From Polyangiales bacterium (lineage in GTDB: Bacteria; Myxococcota_A; Polyangia; Polyangiales; JADJQN01): 64,000 bases of DNA. Below are positions 29,680 to 39,279 of the stretch, piece by piece (position 1 is the stretch's first letter; every line of letters begins with the position of its first letter). The DNA is taken from NCBI GenBank assembly GCA_964202905.1, contig CAXNJO010000005.1:1-64000 (forward strand), in the 5' to 3' direction. The notes under the pieces are model-generated. The model was not told the DNA's origin, did not search any database, and was given only the letters and a program-made list of their open reading frames with translations. A program made the translations under genes and the position numbers.

Positions 29680-30450
29680 TCAGCGCGCTCCCTCGACGGG
29701 CGCTCCCGGCGCGGATCCCGACGGGCCCGGGGCGGCCGCGGGCGTCGGCCTGCGCAGCACGTCGCTCGTGGTGCGGGCGGGCAGGCCTTCGACGAGCGTG
29801 ATGTCGCCCGGGTGCCGCAGCACCAGCGTCAGCGTGCCCTCGGCGTCCGCGGTCGCGAGCGTCTGTCCCTGGTCGAGCGTCACGCCGAGCGTCACCTGGC
29901 TCGCGCGCAGCTCCGCCTCCTCGCGCCGCCCGCCGCCCGTGTCGCGCCCCGTCGCGAGCACGAGCACGTTCTGCAGGATGGTCGTCGTGACCTGCTGGTC
30001 CCCGCGCTCGGCGGTGAGCAGCACGTCCACGCGGTCACCCGGCCGCAGCAGCCCGCCGAACGTGGAGCGCGGGTCGGCGGGGATCGTCACCGCGCGCATC
30101 CCGGGCCGCACGAGCGACGAGAGATCGCGGCGCTGCTCGCTGTTCGCGAGGTCGGTCCAGAGCACGGACTCTCCGGCGTGGATCTCGCTCGTGACCGGGA
30201 TGCCGAGAATCCTTTGCAAATCGCGGGCTTGCACGTGCCGCCCCTCGACGTAGCGCTCCGGCACCTCGCGCACGACGAGCATCGCCTCGGTGAGCTCGGT
30301 GCCGAGCGGGAGCTCCTGCCGCGCGGCGACGAGCGGGATCAGCGCGCCGCCCGACGCCTCGCGCTCGAAGCGCTGCATGTAGAGAAGCAGGCAGACGGCG
30401 CCGACGAGCATGCTGCCGAGACCGGCGAAGAGGGCGGTGCGCTGCTGCAC
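29680..30450 (-). CDS. cpaB: Flp pilus assembly protein CpaB/RcpC
   Basis: SAF domain (VAARQELPLGTELT), PGMRAVTI, GLLRPGDRVDVL, ILQNVLVLA, GTLTLVLR. Confidence 0.95.
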   Translation of the reverse strand: MQQRTALFAGLGSMLVGAVCLLLYMQRFEREASGGALIPLVAARQELPLGTELTEAMLVVREVPERYVEGRHVQARDLQRILGIPVTSEIHAGESVLWTDLANSEQRRDLSSLVRPGMRAVTIPADPRSTFGGLLRPGDRVDVLLTAERGDQQVTTTILQNVLVLATGRDTGGGRREEAELRASQVTLGVTLDQGQTLATADAEGTLTLVLRHPGDITLVEGLPARTTSDVLRRPTPAAAPGPSGSAPGAPVEGAR

Positions 30451-30499
30451 GCTGAGAGGCTTCCTGCGGGGCCCGCGCCGCGCGCACGGGCCGCTGCGT

Positions 30500-31993
30500 T
30501 CACGGGGCGGGGATCGTCATGCAGGCCGAGCAGTCCGCCCAGCCCGACGCGGTGCACGTGCAGTTCTGCACGTAGATGCTGCCGGCGGGCGCGGGCCCGG
30601 CGCAGAACTGCCAGCCGCGCTCGCCTTCGCAGACGCTCGCCGCGAAGACCATGTCGTCGCAGCGCGGCGAGGTCGCCGTGCAAGAGACGGGCGTCGCGCC
30701 GCAGGCCGCGAGGCGACCGCCTGCGCTCGCGAGCTCCGCGCTCACGATCGTGATCGGGTCGAGCGACGTGCCGCTCCAGACCTCGCCGATCAGCGGCAGC
30801 GAGACGGGGCTGACGCCGAACTCCGCCTGCAGATCGCCGGTGAGGGTCGCCTCCCAGTTGCACATCACATCGGCGCTGAAGCTGCCCTGGAGGCCCGCGG
30901 TGAGGGCGGCGTACGGGCCGCCAAGGCCGTAGAGCGAGGTGGTGATCCGCGCGCCGACGCGGACCTCCGCGTCCGCCTGGACGCCGCCCGCGCGCGTCGT
31001 GGTGAGGGAGACCTCGCCGTCGGCCGTCGGCTCGAAGCCGGTGTCCCAGCGCCCGTCCTCGTACATCACGCGCGCCGTCGCGCCGAGCGTCACGCCCGCG
31101 TTCGCGGTGACCTCGCCCGCGTCGAGCGCCACGCTCACCGCGCCGGTCGCGATGGGCGTCGCGAGGATGTCGATCCACACCGGCACCGGCCCGACCGAGA
31201 ACGTGACCCGCGCGAGTTTGTACTCGGGCGCTTCGCCGCCCCCGAGCGCCGCCGCGATGTCGACGTCGCACGAGCCCTCGGCCGCCGCGCTCGCGCGCAG
31301 CTGCACGCCCGCGGAGAGCTCGCCCGAGGCCTCGATGCCCGCGCGCTCGATGCCCGTCGGGAAGCCGAATCTCGTGCGCACCTTGACCGGGAAGTCGATG
31401 TCGAAGCGCGTGTCGACGTACGGCTCGAGCGAGACGCCGCCCGTCACGGACCCCGAGCACGAGCCCGCGCCCCCGAAGAGCTCCACCGAGCCGGACGCGA
31501 TCTCGCAGGGGGACGCGTCCTCGCAGCTCGAGAGCGCCGCGCTCGCGCCCGCGACGGCGTCGCTCAGCGTGGTGCGCGCGCCCATCGGCCCGCTCATCAC
31601 GGGGCGGTAGTGCACGACGATGTCGAGGTCACCGAAGAGGTCACCGAGCTCGCCCTGCTCGGTGAGCAGCTCGAGGCGCCCGTCCGGGAGCGTCGACGAG
31701 GACACGACGCGCCGGAGATAGCCGCCGCGCCCCTCGCCCCCCGCGACGCCCGTGCCCGCGGGGATCGGCTTCGACAGCGGTCCGCTCAGCGTGAGGAGGA
31801 GCCGGTCCGGACGCACCTCGACCGCGGTGATCGACGGCTCGCCGGCGACGACGAGCGCGCGGGGCTCGAACTCGGCCGTGCGCACCTCGACCCACGAGCC
31901 ACGCGGCTCTTCGGCGGGCGGCTCCGCCGCGCAGCCCACGAGGGCGGTGATGGCGACCAGTGTCCCCACGCGCATCCAAGGATTCGTTCGCAT
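30500..31993 (-). CDS. Hypothetical beta-rich lipoprotein with a Cys-rich C-terminus
   Basis: GGGAG RBS, lipobox LVGC; 50 bp upstream of cpaB on the same strand. Confidence 0.8.
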   Translation of the reverse strand: MRTNPWMRVGTLVAITALVGCAAEPPAEEPRGSWVEVRTAEFEPRALVVAGEPSITAVEVRPDRLLLTLSGPLSKPIPAGTGVAGGEGRGGYLRRVVSSSTLPDGRLELLTEQGELGDLFGDLDIVVHYRPVMSGPMGARTTLSDAVAGASAALSSCEDASPCEIASGSVELFGGAGSCSGSVTGGVSLEPYVDTRFDIDFPVKVRTRFGFPTGIERAGIEASGELSAGVQLRASAAAEGSCDVDIAAALGGGEAPEYKLARVTFSVGPVPVWIDILATPIATGAVSVALDAGEVTANAGVTLGATARVMYEDGRWDTGFEPTADGEVSLTTTRAGGVQADAEVRVGARITTSLYGLGGPYAALTAGLQGSFSADVMCNWEATLTGDLQAEFGVSPVSLPLIGEVWSGTSLDPITIVSAELASAGGRLAACGATPVSCTATSPRCDDMVFAASVCEGERGWQFCAGPAPAGSIYVQNCTCTASGWADCSACMTIPAP

Positions 31994-32060
31994 CGTCGTC
32001 TCCCGTCGCCCCGCGCTGGAGCCTCCGCGCCGAGGCTATCCCGAGGCGGGCGCGACGAAC

Positions 32061-32076
32061 AGCGCCTTTCGTGCCA
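32061..32076 (-). promoter_or_regulatory. Putative sigma-54 promoter for the lipoprotein-cpaB-tadBC operon
   Basis: Minus strand TGGCACGAAAGGCGCT: perfect -24 box, correct spacing to the -12 GC, but the TT before GC is absent; 68 bp upstream of ATG 31993. Confidence 0.5.
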
Positions 32077-32143
32077 GCGCGCGCGACGGGCGCGTGACGG
32101 CCCGGTGGCGCCGCCGCGGGGCGCCGTGATAGGCCTCCCGCCG

Positions 32144-32953
32144 ATGTTCGAGGGCGCACGCGTCGCGGTCGTGGTGCCGGCGTACAACGAGGCGCGTCTC
32201 ATCGCCCGCACGCTCGGGCGCGTCCCGGGGTTCGTCGACGTCGTCGTCGTGGTCGACGACGGCAGCCGCGACGACACCGCCGCGCAGGCCTTCGGCGTCG
32301 GCGATCCGCGCGTCGTCGTGGTCGCGCACCCGGCGAACCGCGGCGTCGGCGCGGCCATCGCGAGCGGCTATCGCGCCGCCTTCCGCGCGGGCGCCGAGGT
32401 CGCCGTCGTGATGGCGGGCGACGCGCAGATGGACCCGGCCGACCTCCCCGCGCTGCTCGCGCCGGTGCTGCGCGGCGAGGCCGACTACGCGAAGGGCGAT
32501 CGCCTCTCGCACCCGCGCGCGCACGCCGCGATGCCGCTCGCGCGCTTCGTCGGCAACCACGCGCTGAGCGCGCTCACGCGGCTCGCGACGGGGTTGCCCG
32601 TCCGCGATGCGCAGTGCGGCTACACGGCGCTCTCGCGCGACGCCGCCGATCGCCTCGCGCTCGGCGCGCTCTGGCCGCGCTACGGCTATCCCAACGACCT
32701 GCTCGGGCGCGCCGCCGCCGCGGGCCTGCGCGTGCGCGACGTGACGGTGCGGCCCGTCTACGCCGACGAGACGAGCGGCATCGGCCTGCGGCACGCGCTC
32801 TTCGTCGTGCCGTTCGTGCTCGCGCGCGTCGTCGCGCGGCGCCTGCGCCCGCTCCTCCGATCGGGCCGCGGCGCGGCGACCTTCTCGACCGAGCGCCGCG
32901 TCGGCGAGGGCGCGCCGCTCGCGCCGCTCCCGCCGCGCGAGCACCGCGGCTAG
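32144..32953 (+). CDS. Glycosyltransferase family 2
   Basis: VAVVVPAYNE, VVDDGSRD, NRGVG, MAGDAQMDP, DAQCGY. Confidence 0.92.
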   Translation: MFEGARVAVVVPAYNEARLIARTLGRVPGFVDVVVVVDDGSRDDTAAQAFGVGDPRVVVVAHPANRGVGAAIASGYRAAFRAGAEVAVVMAGDAQMDPADLPALLAPVLRGEADYAKGDRLSHPRAHAAMPLARFVGNHALSALTRLATGLPVRDAQCGYTALSRDAADRLALGALWPRYGYPNDLLGRAAAAGLRVRDVTVRPVYADETSGIGLRHALFVVPFVLARVVARRLRPLLRSGRGAATFSTERRVGEGAPLAPLPPREHRG

Positions 32954-32964
32954 GGCGCGGCGGC

Positions 32965-34170
32965 GTGCGCATCGGCCTGCTGACGACGAGCTTTCCGCGC
33001 ACGCGCGACGACATCGCAGGCGCGTTCGTGCTCGGCTCCGCGCGCGCGCTCGTCGCGTGCGGCCACACGGTCGAGGTGCTCGCGCCGGAGCCCGCTGAGC
33101 CCGGCCCGGGCGCGGACGCAGCGCCCCCGGACTGGCCCGGCGTCACGGTGCGTTGGGTGCCCTACCTGCGGCCGCGCGCGCTCGAGCAGACCTTCTACGG
33201 CGCGGGCGTCCCGGACAACCTGCAGCGCGACCCGCGCGCGTGGCTCGGCCTCGCGCCCTTCACCTTCGCCCTGCTCCGCGCGGCCACCCTCGCCGCGCCG
33301 CGCTGGGACGCGCTCGTCAGCCACTGGGCGCTGCCGTGCGCGCTCGTCGCCGGCGCCGTGCGCGGAGGCCGCGGCCACCTCGCGGTGCTGCACTCGGCCG
33401 ACGTGCACCTCCTCGCGCGCCTGCCGCTCCGCGACCGGCTCGCGCAGCGCATCGCCGAGGGCGCGCACGCGCTGCTCTTCGCCTCCCCCGCCCTGCGCGA
33501 CACGTTCCTCGGGCTGCTCGCGCCGGTCCCGCGCGCCGCCGCGGCGACGCGCTGTCACGTCTCGCCGATGGGCATCGACCCGCCCGCGCGCCCCGCGACG
33601 CCGCGCCGCGCGCTGCGCCGCGCGCTCGACCTCGACCGCTTCACCGCGCTCTCGCTCGGCCGCCTCGTCCCCGTGAAGGGCGTCGACGACGCGATCCGCG
33701 CCACGTCCATGCTCGCCGACACGACGCTCCTCGTCGCGGGCGACGGCCCCGAGCGCGAGGCACTCGCGCGGCTCGCAGGGCGGCGCGGCGGCGACGTGCG
33801 CCTGCTCGGGCTGGTCACGGGAGACGCGCGGGACGCGCTCTACGCCGCGAGCGACGCGTTCGTGCTCGCCTCGCGCGTGCTCGGCTCCGGCCGCACGGAG
33901 GGTACGCCCACCGCGCTCATCGAGGCGATGGCCGCGGGGCTGCCCGTCGTCGCGACCGAGGTCGGCGGCGTCGGGGCGCTCGTCAACCACGCGCGCAACG
34001 GCCTGCTCGTCCCGGCCGGCGATCCGACCGCCCTCGCCGCCGCGCTCGCCCGCCTGCGCGACGACCCGCCGCTGCGCCGCCGCCTCGCGCGCGCGGGTCG
34101 GAAGACCGCCGCGCAGCTCACGTGGAGCGCGCTCGCCCCGCACCTCGACGCGCTCGTGCGGGACACCTGA
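32965..34170 (+). CDS. Glycosyltransferase family 4
   Basis: LLTTSFPR, LGRLVPVKGVD, TEGTPTALIEAMAAGLPVVAT. Confidence 0.92.
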   Translation: MRIGLLTTSFPRTRDDIAGAFVLGSARALVACGHTVEVLAPEPAEPGPGADAAPPDWPGVTVRWVPYLRPRALEQTFYGAGVPDNLQRDPRAWLGLAPFTFALLRAATLAAPRWDALVSHWALPCALVAGAVRGGRGHLAVLHSADVHLLARLPLRDRLAQRIAEGAHALLFASPALRDTFLGLLAPVPRAAAATRCHVSPMGIDPPARPATPRRALRRALDLDRFTALSLGRLVPVKGVDDAIRATSMLADTTLLVAGDGPEREALARLAGRRGGDVRLLGLVTGDARDALYAASDAFVLASRVLGSGRTEGTPTALIEAMAAGLPVVATEVGGVGALVNHARNGLLVPAGDPTALAAALARLRDDPPLRRRLARAGRKTAAQLTWSALAPHLDALVRDT

Positions 34171-34187
34171 TCGCGCGCGGCGCCGCC

Positions 34188-34949
34188 TCAGCGCCCCGGG
34201 TTCACGCGGCGCGTCCCCGCGGGCGGACGCCAGTTGAAGTCAGCATCCGGCGCGTTCACGCCACTCACCGCGATCTGGCTGAAATCAAAGCGATTTCGGT
34301 TGCCGTCGTGGCCGATGATGAGCACGCGGACGACCATGCTCCCGTTCGTCACGTAGAGCAGCAGGCGCTCGTAGTTGGGGTTCACGCGGCGCGGGCGCAG
34401 CTCGAGCACCTGCCCGCCCGGGACGGCGAAGCCCTGCGTCCGCGGGTCGACGAGGCGGAAGGCATACTGCGCCTCGAGGCGTCCGCGTCCGGTCAGGAAG
34501 GAGAGCGCCTGCGGGAGCTCGCTGTCGGCGACCGCCGTCTCGACCACCTGCCCGCTCTCGCCCTCCGCGCCCGGCTCGTAGAGCTGGATGCGCGTGCCGT
34601 CCGAGGCGAGGATCTTCCGGTTCGGCGCGTCGTAGCGCCAGAGCATCTTGCCGGGCTTCTTGAAGGTGACGAGCCCGCTCGAGCGCTCGTAGCGCTGGTG
34701 CAGCTTCACGTAATAGGTCTGGAAGAAGCGCATCCGGACGACGGGCACCTGATCGTAGAAGCGCTGCACGCGGGCCGCGACCTGCGCGGCCGTGGGCGCC
34801 TGCTGCGCCTCGCCCCGCAACGCGACCGCCACGCACGTCACGGCCGCGAGCGCGGCGAAGGCGACGAGACGGGCCGCGAGCCCGCGCACCGCGGAGCGGG
34901 ACATGGGGCGGGGGCGGACGAGCGCGCGGACCGACGAGCGGGCGTTCAT
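34188..34949 (-). CDS. lolA: Outer-membrane lipoprotein carrier LolA
   Basis: Signal peptide, FFQTY, SGLVTFKKPGKMLWRY, SDG, F.WRPPAG. Confidence 0.88.
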   Translation of the reverse strand: MNARSSVRALVRPRPMSRSAVRGLAARLVAFAALAAVTCVAVALRGEAQQAPTAAQVAARVQRFYDQVPVVRMRFFQTYYVKLHQRYERSSGLVTFKKPGKMLWRYDAPNRKILASDGTRIQLYEPGAEGESGQVVETAVADSELPQALSFLTGRGRLEAQYAFRLVDPRTQGFAVPGGQVLELRPRRVNPNYERLLLYVTNGSMVVRVLIIGHDGNRNRFDFSQIAVSGVNAPDADFNWRPPAGTRRVNPGR

Positions 34950-35066
34950 GGTCTCTCCTTGTCGAAACGGACGGCCGCTCGGACACGAGCCGCGCGGGTT
35001 CTATTCTCGCGGACGCGCGGGGCGCGGCGCAGCGGACGCATGCGCACCCGACGGCCGCGCGCGGCC

Positions 35067-35519
35067 TCAGGGCGTGACGTCGGGGCGCGGCTCGCCGCCG
35101 CTCGTCGCCTCGCGCTCGTGGGACGCCTCGCCGCCGGCGCCTTCGGGCGCGAGGTCGGCGAGCGCGCGCGTCATCGCGATCGCCCACTCGGGACGAAGCC
35201 CCATGTTGCGCGGTCCGCTCACCTCGCGCGCGAGGGCGAGGTAGTGCAACGCGTCCGCCCGGTGGCCGAGGCGGTAGGCCGTCATCCCGCGCAGGTAGAA
35301 GAACCGCCCGCGCTGCTCGACGTCCATGTCGGTCGCGTGCGCCTCGAGGTCGCGCAGCCAGACGTCGGACTCGTCGTAGCGGGCCGCGTCGAACGCCGTC
35401 TCCGCGTGCCCGAGGTCATCGCGCAGCGAGGCACATCCCCCGAGCAGGGCCACGGCGAGCAGGACCGCGGCGGGCAAGGACGAGAGACCGAGCGGGGCGC
35501 GCAGCGCGAGGCGGGACAT
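35067..35519 (-). CDS. Small TPR-like lipoprotein
   Basis: Lipobox LLGGC, FFYLRGMTAYRLG...ALHYLALA. The longer in-frame extension has non-coding-like codon usage. Confidence 0.8.
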   Translation of the reverse strand: MSRLALRAPLGLSSLPAAVLLAVALLGGCASLRDDLGHAETAFDAARYDESDVWLRDLEAHATDMDVEQRGRFFYLRGMTAYRLGHRADALHYLALAREVSGPRNMGLRPEWAIAMTRALADLAPEGAGGEASHEREATSGGEPRPDVTP

Positions 35520-35624
35520 GGGCGCGAGGATACATCGCGCAGGCCACGCGCGAGCAAGCGAAGAAGCGCGCGCGCGGCCGCAGCAGCGCCACCGCGGGGC
35601 CCGCGGAACCGCCGCCGACGCGAC

Positions 35625-36013
35625 GGAGAAGCGTCGTCCCGACCTCGCAGGTGCGGGGCCGGGACGACGGAGCAGGCCGAGCGGGCGCGAACGGCGCGGG
35701 CGAAGACCCGCGATGCGCGCGACCGGGAGCGGGCGGAGGCGAAGCGCGCGGTGCTCCGACGCGAGAGGCGAGCGATGCGCCGACGAGCGATGCAAACGAG
35801 CCCAGCGAAGCCAACGACGAGCAAGCCCAGCGAAGCGGTGCGCGAGGCCGGGCGGAGGGGCGCGACACGAAGCGAGCGCAGAGCGAACCATCCCGGTGGG
35901 CGACGTCGACGCGTCAGGCCAGCGGAGCAGAGGGAGCAGAAGCAGAGCGAAGGAAGAAAAAGGGAAGCGAGGCCAAGCAAGCAAGCGAAGTCGCGCGGCA
36001 TCGATCCGCGCAC
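35625..36013 (-). ncRNA. Candidate sigma-54-dependent non-coding RNA (~385 nt), family unknown
   Basis: Lies between a consensus sigma-54 promoter and a strong hairpin; strongly C/U-rich and A-poor; eight UUCGC motifs; no credible ORF. Confidence 0.4.
35632..35669 (-). terminator. Long hairpin, intrinsic-terminator-like
   Basis: Minus strand CGTCGTCCCGGCCCCGCA-CC-TGCGAGGTCGGGACGACG: 18-bp stem with one G-U pair and one mismatch, followed by CTTCT (weak U tract). Confidence 0.55.
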
Positions 36014-36023
36014 CGCCGTACTT

Positions 36024-36039
36024 AGCAACCTCGGTGCCA
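36024..36039 (-). promoter_or_regulatory. Sigma-54 (-24/-12) promoter
   Basis: Minus strand TGGCAC-CGAGG-TTGCT matches TGGCAC-N5-TTGCW; intergenic. Confidence 0.75.
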
Positions 36040-36078
36040 CGCCCCGCGCACGCCCCGCGCGCGGCCGCCAGAGATGAC

Positions 36079-36093
36079 GAAATGCCCCATTTC
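36079..36093. promoter_or_regulatory. Palindrome upstream of the sigma-54 promoter (possible activator site)
   Basis: GAAATG-CCC-CATTTC, an AT-rich inverted repeat about 66-80 nt upstream of the predicted start. Confidence 0.35.
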
Positions 36094-36198
36094 ACAGGGC
36101 GAAGGGCGCGTCCTGGTCCGCGCGCGCGGCGCGCCCGCGCGTCGATGGTGGCGCCTCCGGCCCTGACATCTCTGTCGCGCCCGCGCGGGCGGGCGACG

Positions 36199-37527
36199 TC
36201 AGATGAGGATCAGGTCGCTCTCGTCGAGGTCGACGTCCATCTCCGAGCGGCTCGACTCGAGCACGATGCGCGTGTCCATCATGCGCTCTTCGCTGAGCGA
36301 CTCGATGTAGGCGCGGATCTCGGGGACGACCTCGAGCAGACGCTGGAAGATCTCGCTCCCGAGAAAGAGCACCGTCGACGCGCGCGCCGCCGTGACGGTC
36401 GCGGTGGTCGGGCTGTCGTTCAGCAGGCTGATCTCGCCGAAGACCTCGCCGGGATGCAGGGTCGCGAGGAGCACGCGGTCGCCGCCATCGAGCTTCGAGA
36501 CGTCGAGCTCCCCGGAGAGCAGCGCGAACAGGCCGCGCCCCGGCTGGCCCTCGCGGATGAGCTCCACGCCCTGCTCGACGTCGTGCGCGGTGAAGCGGCG
36601 GACGAGGTCGAGGCGCTGCTTGCGGTCGAGCGGCCGGAAGAGCGCCGAGGTCGCGAGGAGGTTGTTGAGGAGCCGCTCCCGCGTGAACTTGTCGAGCGCC
36701 CGCGCGATCGTCCCCGCTTCGCGCGCGACCCCCGCGAGCGCCTCGCGGTCGAACTCGAGCAGGTCGCAGTCGGTCTCGGCGGTGACCGTGGCCGAGCGCG
36801 GCGACGCGCTGACGAGCGCCATCTCGCCGAAGATCGCGCCGTCGTGCAGCGTCGCGAGCGGCACGGTCCCGCCGGCGATGTCCTTCTTCGTGACGCGCAC
36901 GGTGCCGCGCGCCAGCACGTAGAACGACTGCCCCGGCTCGCCCTCCGCGAGCACCGTGTCGCCCGGCCGCGTCCGCACGAGCTTGAGGGCCGCGAGCACG
37001 GCGGCGAAGGCGTCGGCCGGCAGCTCGCTGAAGAGCGGGATCGCCGGGAGGAACTCGGGGTAGGCGCCGATCGGCTCGAGGTTCGCGGCGATCTTCTCCG
37101 CGTACGCGACGAGCGCCGGCAGCGGCGGCACGTCGGTGAGCGAGAGCGTCGGCGGCAGCGGCGCGTCGGGGTCGCCGGGCGAGAGCCGCACCGCACGACC
37201 GAGGCGCGGCGAGCCGAGCGCGTAGAGCTGCGCGACGGGGCCGAGCAGCGCACCGAGTTGCGGCTCGAGCGCGACGAGCACCCGCAGCGCGACGAGCGCG
37301 CGGAGCGGGTAGCCGCCGTTCGCCGCGTGCCGCGCGAGGGCGGTGTAGACGACGGCGGCGCGCTGCGCCTCGCCGAGCGCGAGCAGCGTGTCGGCCACGC
37401 GGAGGCGGGCGTCGAGGTCCTGCGGCTGCAAGGCGACGAGCGCCGCGTAGCCGTGCAGCGCCCCCGGGTAGTCGGCCGCAAAGAGTCGCTGGTCGGCGAG
37501 CGCGCGCAGCTCGCGGCAGGTGTGCAT
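36199..37527 (-). CDS. Protein with an N-terminal TPR-like region and two cyclic-nucleotide-binding domains
   Basis: EGEPGQSFYVLARGTVRV...FGEMAL..SPRSATV and EGQPGRGLFALLSGELDV...FGEISL...PTTATV. Confidence 0.9.
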   Translation of the reverse strand: MHTCRELRALADQRLFAADYPGALHGYAALVALQPQDLDARLRVADTLLALGEAQRAAVVYTALARHAANGGYPLRALVALRVLVALEPQLGALLGPVAQLYALGSPRLGRAVRLSPGDPDAPLPPTLSLTDVPPLPALVAYAEKIAANLEPIGAYPEFLPAIPLFSELPADAFAAVLAALKLVRTRPGDTVLAEGEPGQSFYVLARGTVRVTKKDIAGGTVPLATLHDGAIFGEMALVSASPRSATVTAETDCDLLEFDREALAGVAREAGTIARALDKFTRERLLNNLLATSALFRPLDRKQRLDLVRRFTAHDVEQGVELIREGQPGRGLFALLSGELDVSKLDGGDRVLLATLHPGEVFGEISLLNDSPTTATVTAARASTVLFLGSEIFQRLLEVVPEIRAYIESLSEERMMDTRIVLESSRSEMDVDLDESDLILI

Positions 37528-37683
37528 CGTGCGCCGGGATGTTAGACGGGCGCCGCCGCGCGAGGCAAGCACCCACGATCCCACACACCGCGCTACCAAT
37601 CGACGTCGGGGCAGCACGCGACGGCGGCGCCGGGGCTATGCTCGCGGCCCCTACGCTGCGAGGCCACGGGGAAGCACCGACCG

Positions 37684-39261
37684 ATGCAGCGCTGCGAACG
37701 ATGTGCGCGGGTGGTCCCCGAGGACGAGCCGTGCTGCCCCGAGTGCGGTCCCCCGTCGACGCGTCCGGGCGCCCTCCGCGCCGCGCACCCCGTGCGTGCG
37801 AGCGACCCGCCGCGCGCAGTGCTCGGCCGCCCCATGCACGGCCGCCCCGCGCATGGCCAGACAGCCCTCGCGGCGGACGCGCCCGGACAAGCGCGCGCGC
37901 TCCGCGCCGTCGCGGACTACGCCGAGATCGCGGGGCCGCACGGCGCGGGCGACGACGCGCGGGGACACGACGCGCCTGTCGCCCCCGCCCAGGCGCTCGC
38001 GGTCGCCACGGCGCTCGAGCCGAAGTCGGCCCCCTTCGCGCAGGAGCGCACGGGTGCGCAGCGGCGTGAGAGCGTCGAATGGGCGCGCGGCGGCGGCGAG
38101 GGCGCGAAGATCGTCCCGCTGCGCAGCACGCCTCCGCCCCCCCGCGACGCGCGGCGCGAGGGAGCCGCTCACGACGACGCCGCAGAACGCGCGAACCACG
38201 ACGCCGCAGAACGCACGAGCCACGACGCCGCAGAGCGTCCCCAACGCGACGCTGCAGAACGCGCGAGCCACGACGCTGGGGACACGGTGGGCGGGGCGGG
38301 CGCGCTGCGCGTGCTTCCGGCCGAGGCCTCGCGCACGGGCACGGGCGAGCCGCCGCACGCGCAGGACGCGCAGCCCCCCGCGTCGGTGGCGACGCGGAGC
38401 GAACCGCCCCCTGTCCGGCCCCGCGCGACGCCGGTCCCCGTCGAGCCCCGGCGACCGCCCGTGCTCGCCTCCGAATCGTTGCGCGCCGACCTCGCGCCCA
38501 ACGCGCCTGGCCGCCACACGATCCGCGTCACGGCGATCACCCTCGGCGCCGCCGGCGCCGCGACGGCCGCGCTCGTCGGGGGCCTCGACGCCGGAGCGCT
38601 CACCGTCGCCGCCGCCCTCGCGCTCATCGCGGCGATCGGCGTCGCGCCGCTCGACTACCGGCGCCGCGCGTTCGCGCTGCTCGCGGTCGCCGCGCCCGCG
38701 CAGGTCTCGGCCACCGTGCTCGCCGCGCCACACGGTGGGGTGCCGCACGGTGGGCTGCTCGCGCTCACCGCAAGCGGGCTCGCGGGCGCCCTCTATTTCC
38801 GCGCCGAGTACCGCGCGTCACGGCTCGCGCGCGCGCTCGTCGCGGTCGGCGTCGTGCAGGGCTTCGTGTGGCTGGCGCTCTCCGGCGGATTGCAGCGACT
38901 CGGCGTGATCGGGGCCGACTGGCAGTCCTGGCTCCCGGCGCTCCTCGGGGGTGCGCTGGCGCCTGTGCTGCTGCTCGCGCTGCTCGGCTTCATGAAGCAG
39001 GACAGCACTGGCGGCTGCGGCATCTGGGCGACGAGCCTGCTCGTGTGGCTCGCCTGCTACGAGAGCGCCGCGCACGCCGCGCAGGTCTTCCCGGCCGATG
39101 GCGGCGGTCCGACACAGGGCTGGCAGGTCGGCGCCGCGATGGGCGCGATCGCCGCGCCGCTGCTCGCCCCCATCGCCGCGCTCGCGGTCGCGCACCTGCT
39201 CGTCGTCGCGTCGGGAGGCGGCCGCGAGGAGCCCGCGCCGGGCGCCACGCCGTCCCCCTGA
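37684..39261 (+). CDS. Membrane protein with an N-terminal Zn-ribbon and a low-complexity linker
   Basis: CERC...CPEC, disordered linker, and about 8 C-terminal TM segments. Confidence 0.75.
   Translation: MQRCERCARVVPEDEPCCPECGPPSTRPGALRAAHPVRASDPPRAVLGRPMHGRPAHGQTALAADAPGQARALRAVADYAEIAGPHGAGDDARGHDAPVAPAQALAVATALEPKSAPFAQERTGAQRRESVEWARGGGEGAKIVPLRSTPPPPRDARREGAAHDDAAERANHDAAERTSHDAAERPQRDAAERASHDAGDTVGGAGALRVLPAEASRTGTGEPPHAQDAQPPASVATRSEPPPVRPRATPVPVEPRRPPVLASESLRADLAPNAPGRHTIRVTAITLGAAGAATAALVGGLDAGALTVAAALALIAAIGVAPLDYRRRAFALLAVAAPAQVSATVLAAPHGGVPHGGLLALTASGLAGALYFRAEYRASRLARALVAVGVVQGFVWLALSGGLQRLGVIGADWQSWLPALLGGALAPVLLLALLGFMKQDSTGGCGIWATSLLVWLACYESAAHAAQVFPADGGGPTQGWQVGAAMGAIAAPLLAPIAALAVAHLLVVASGGGREEPAPGATPSP
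38173..38280. repeat. Degenerate 24-bp coding repeat x4 (HDAAERAS)
   Basis: CACGACGCCGCAGAACGC.. units in the linker. Confidence 0.75.
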
Positions 39262-39279
39262 CGGCGGCGCGGTCGCGCT

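Noticed and set aside
35282..36095. Protein-coding ORFs across the 35.5-36.1 kb gap
   Set aside because: Low-complexity translations without the GC3 codon bias of neighbouring genes; the real lipoprotein start with its lipobox is at 35519. A short leader peptide cannot be fully excluded.
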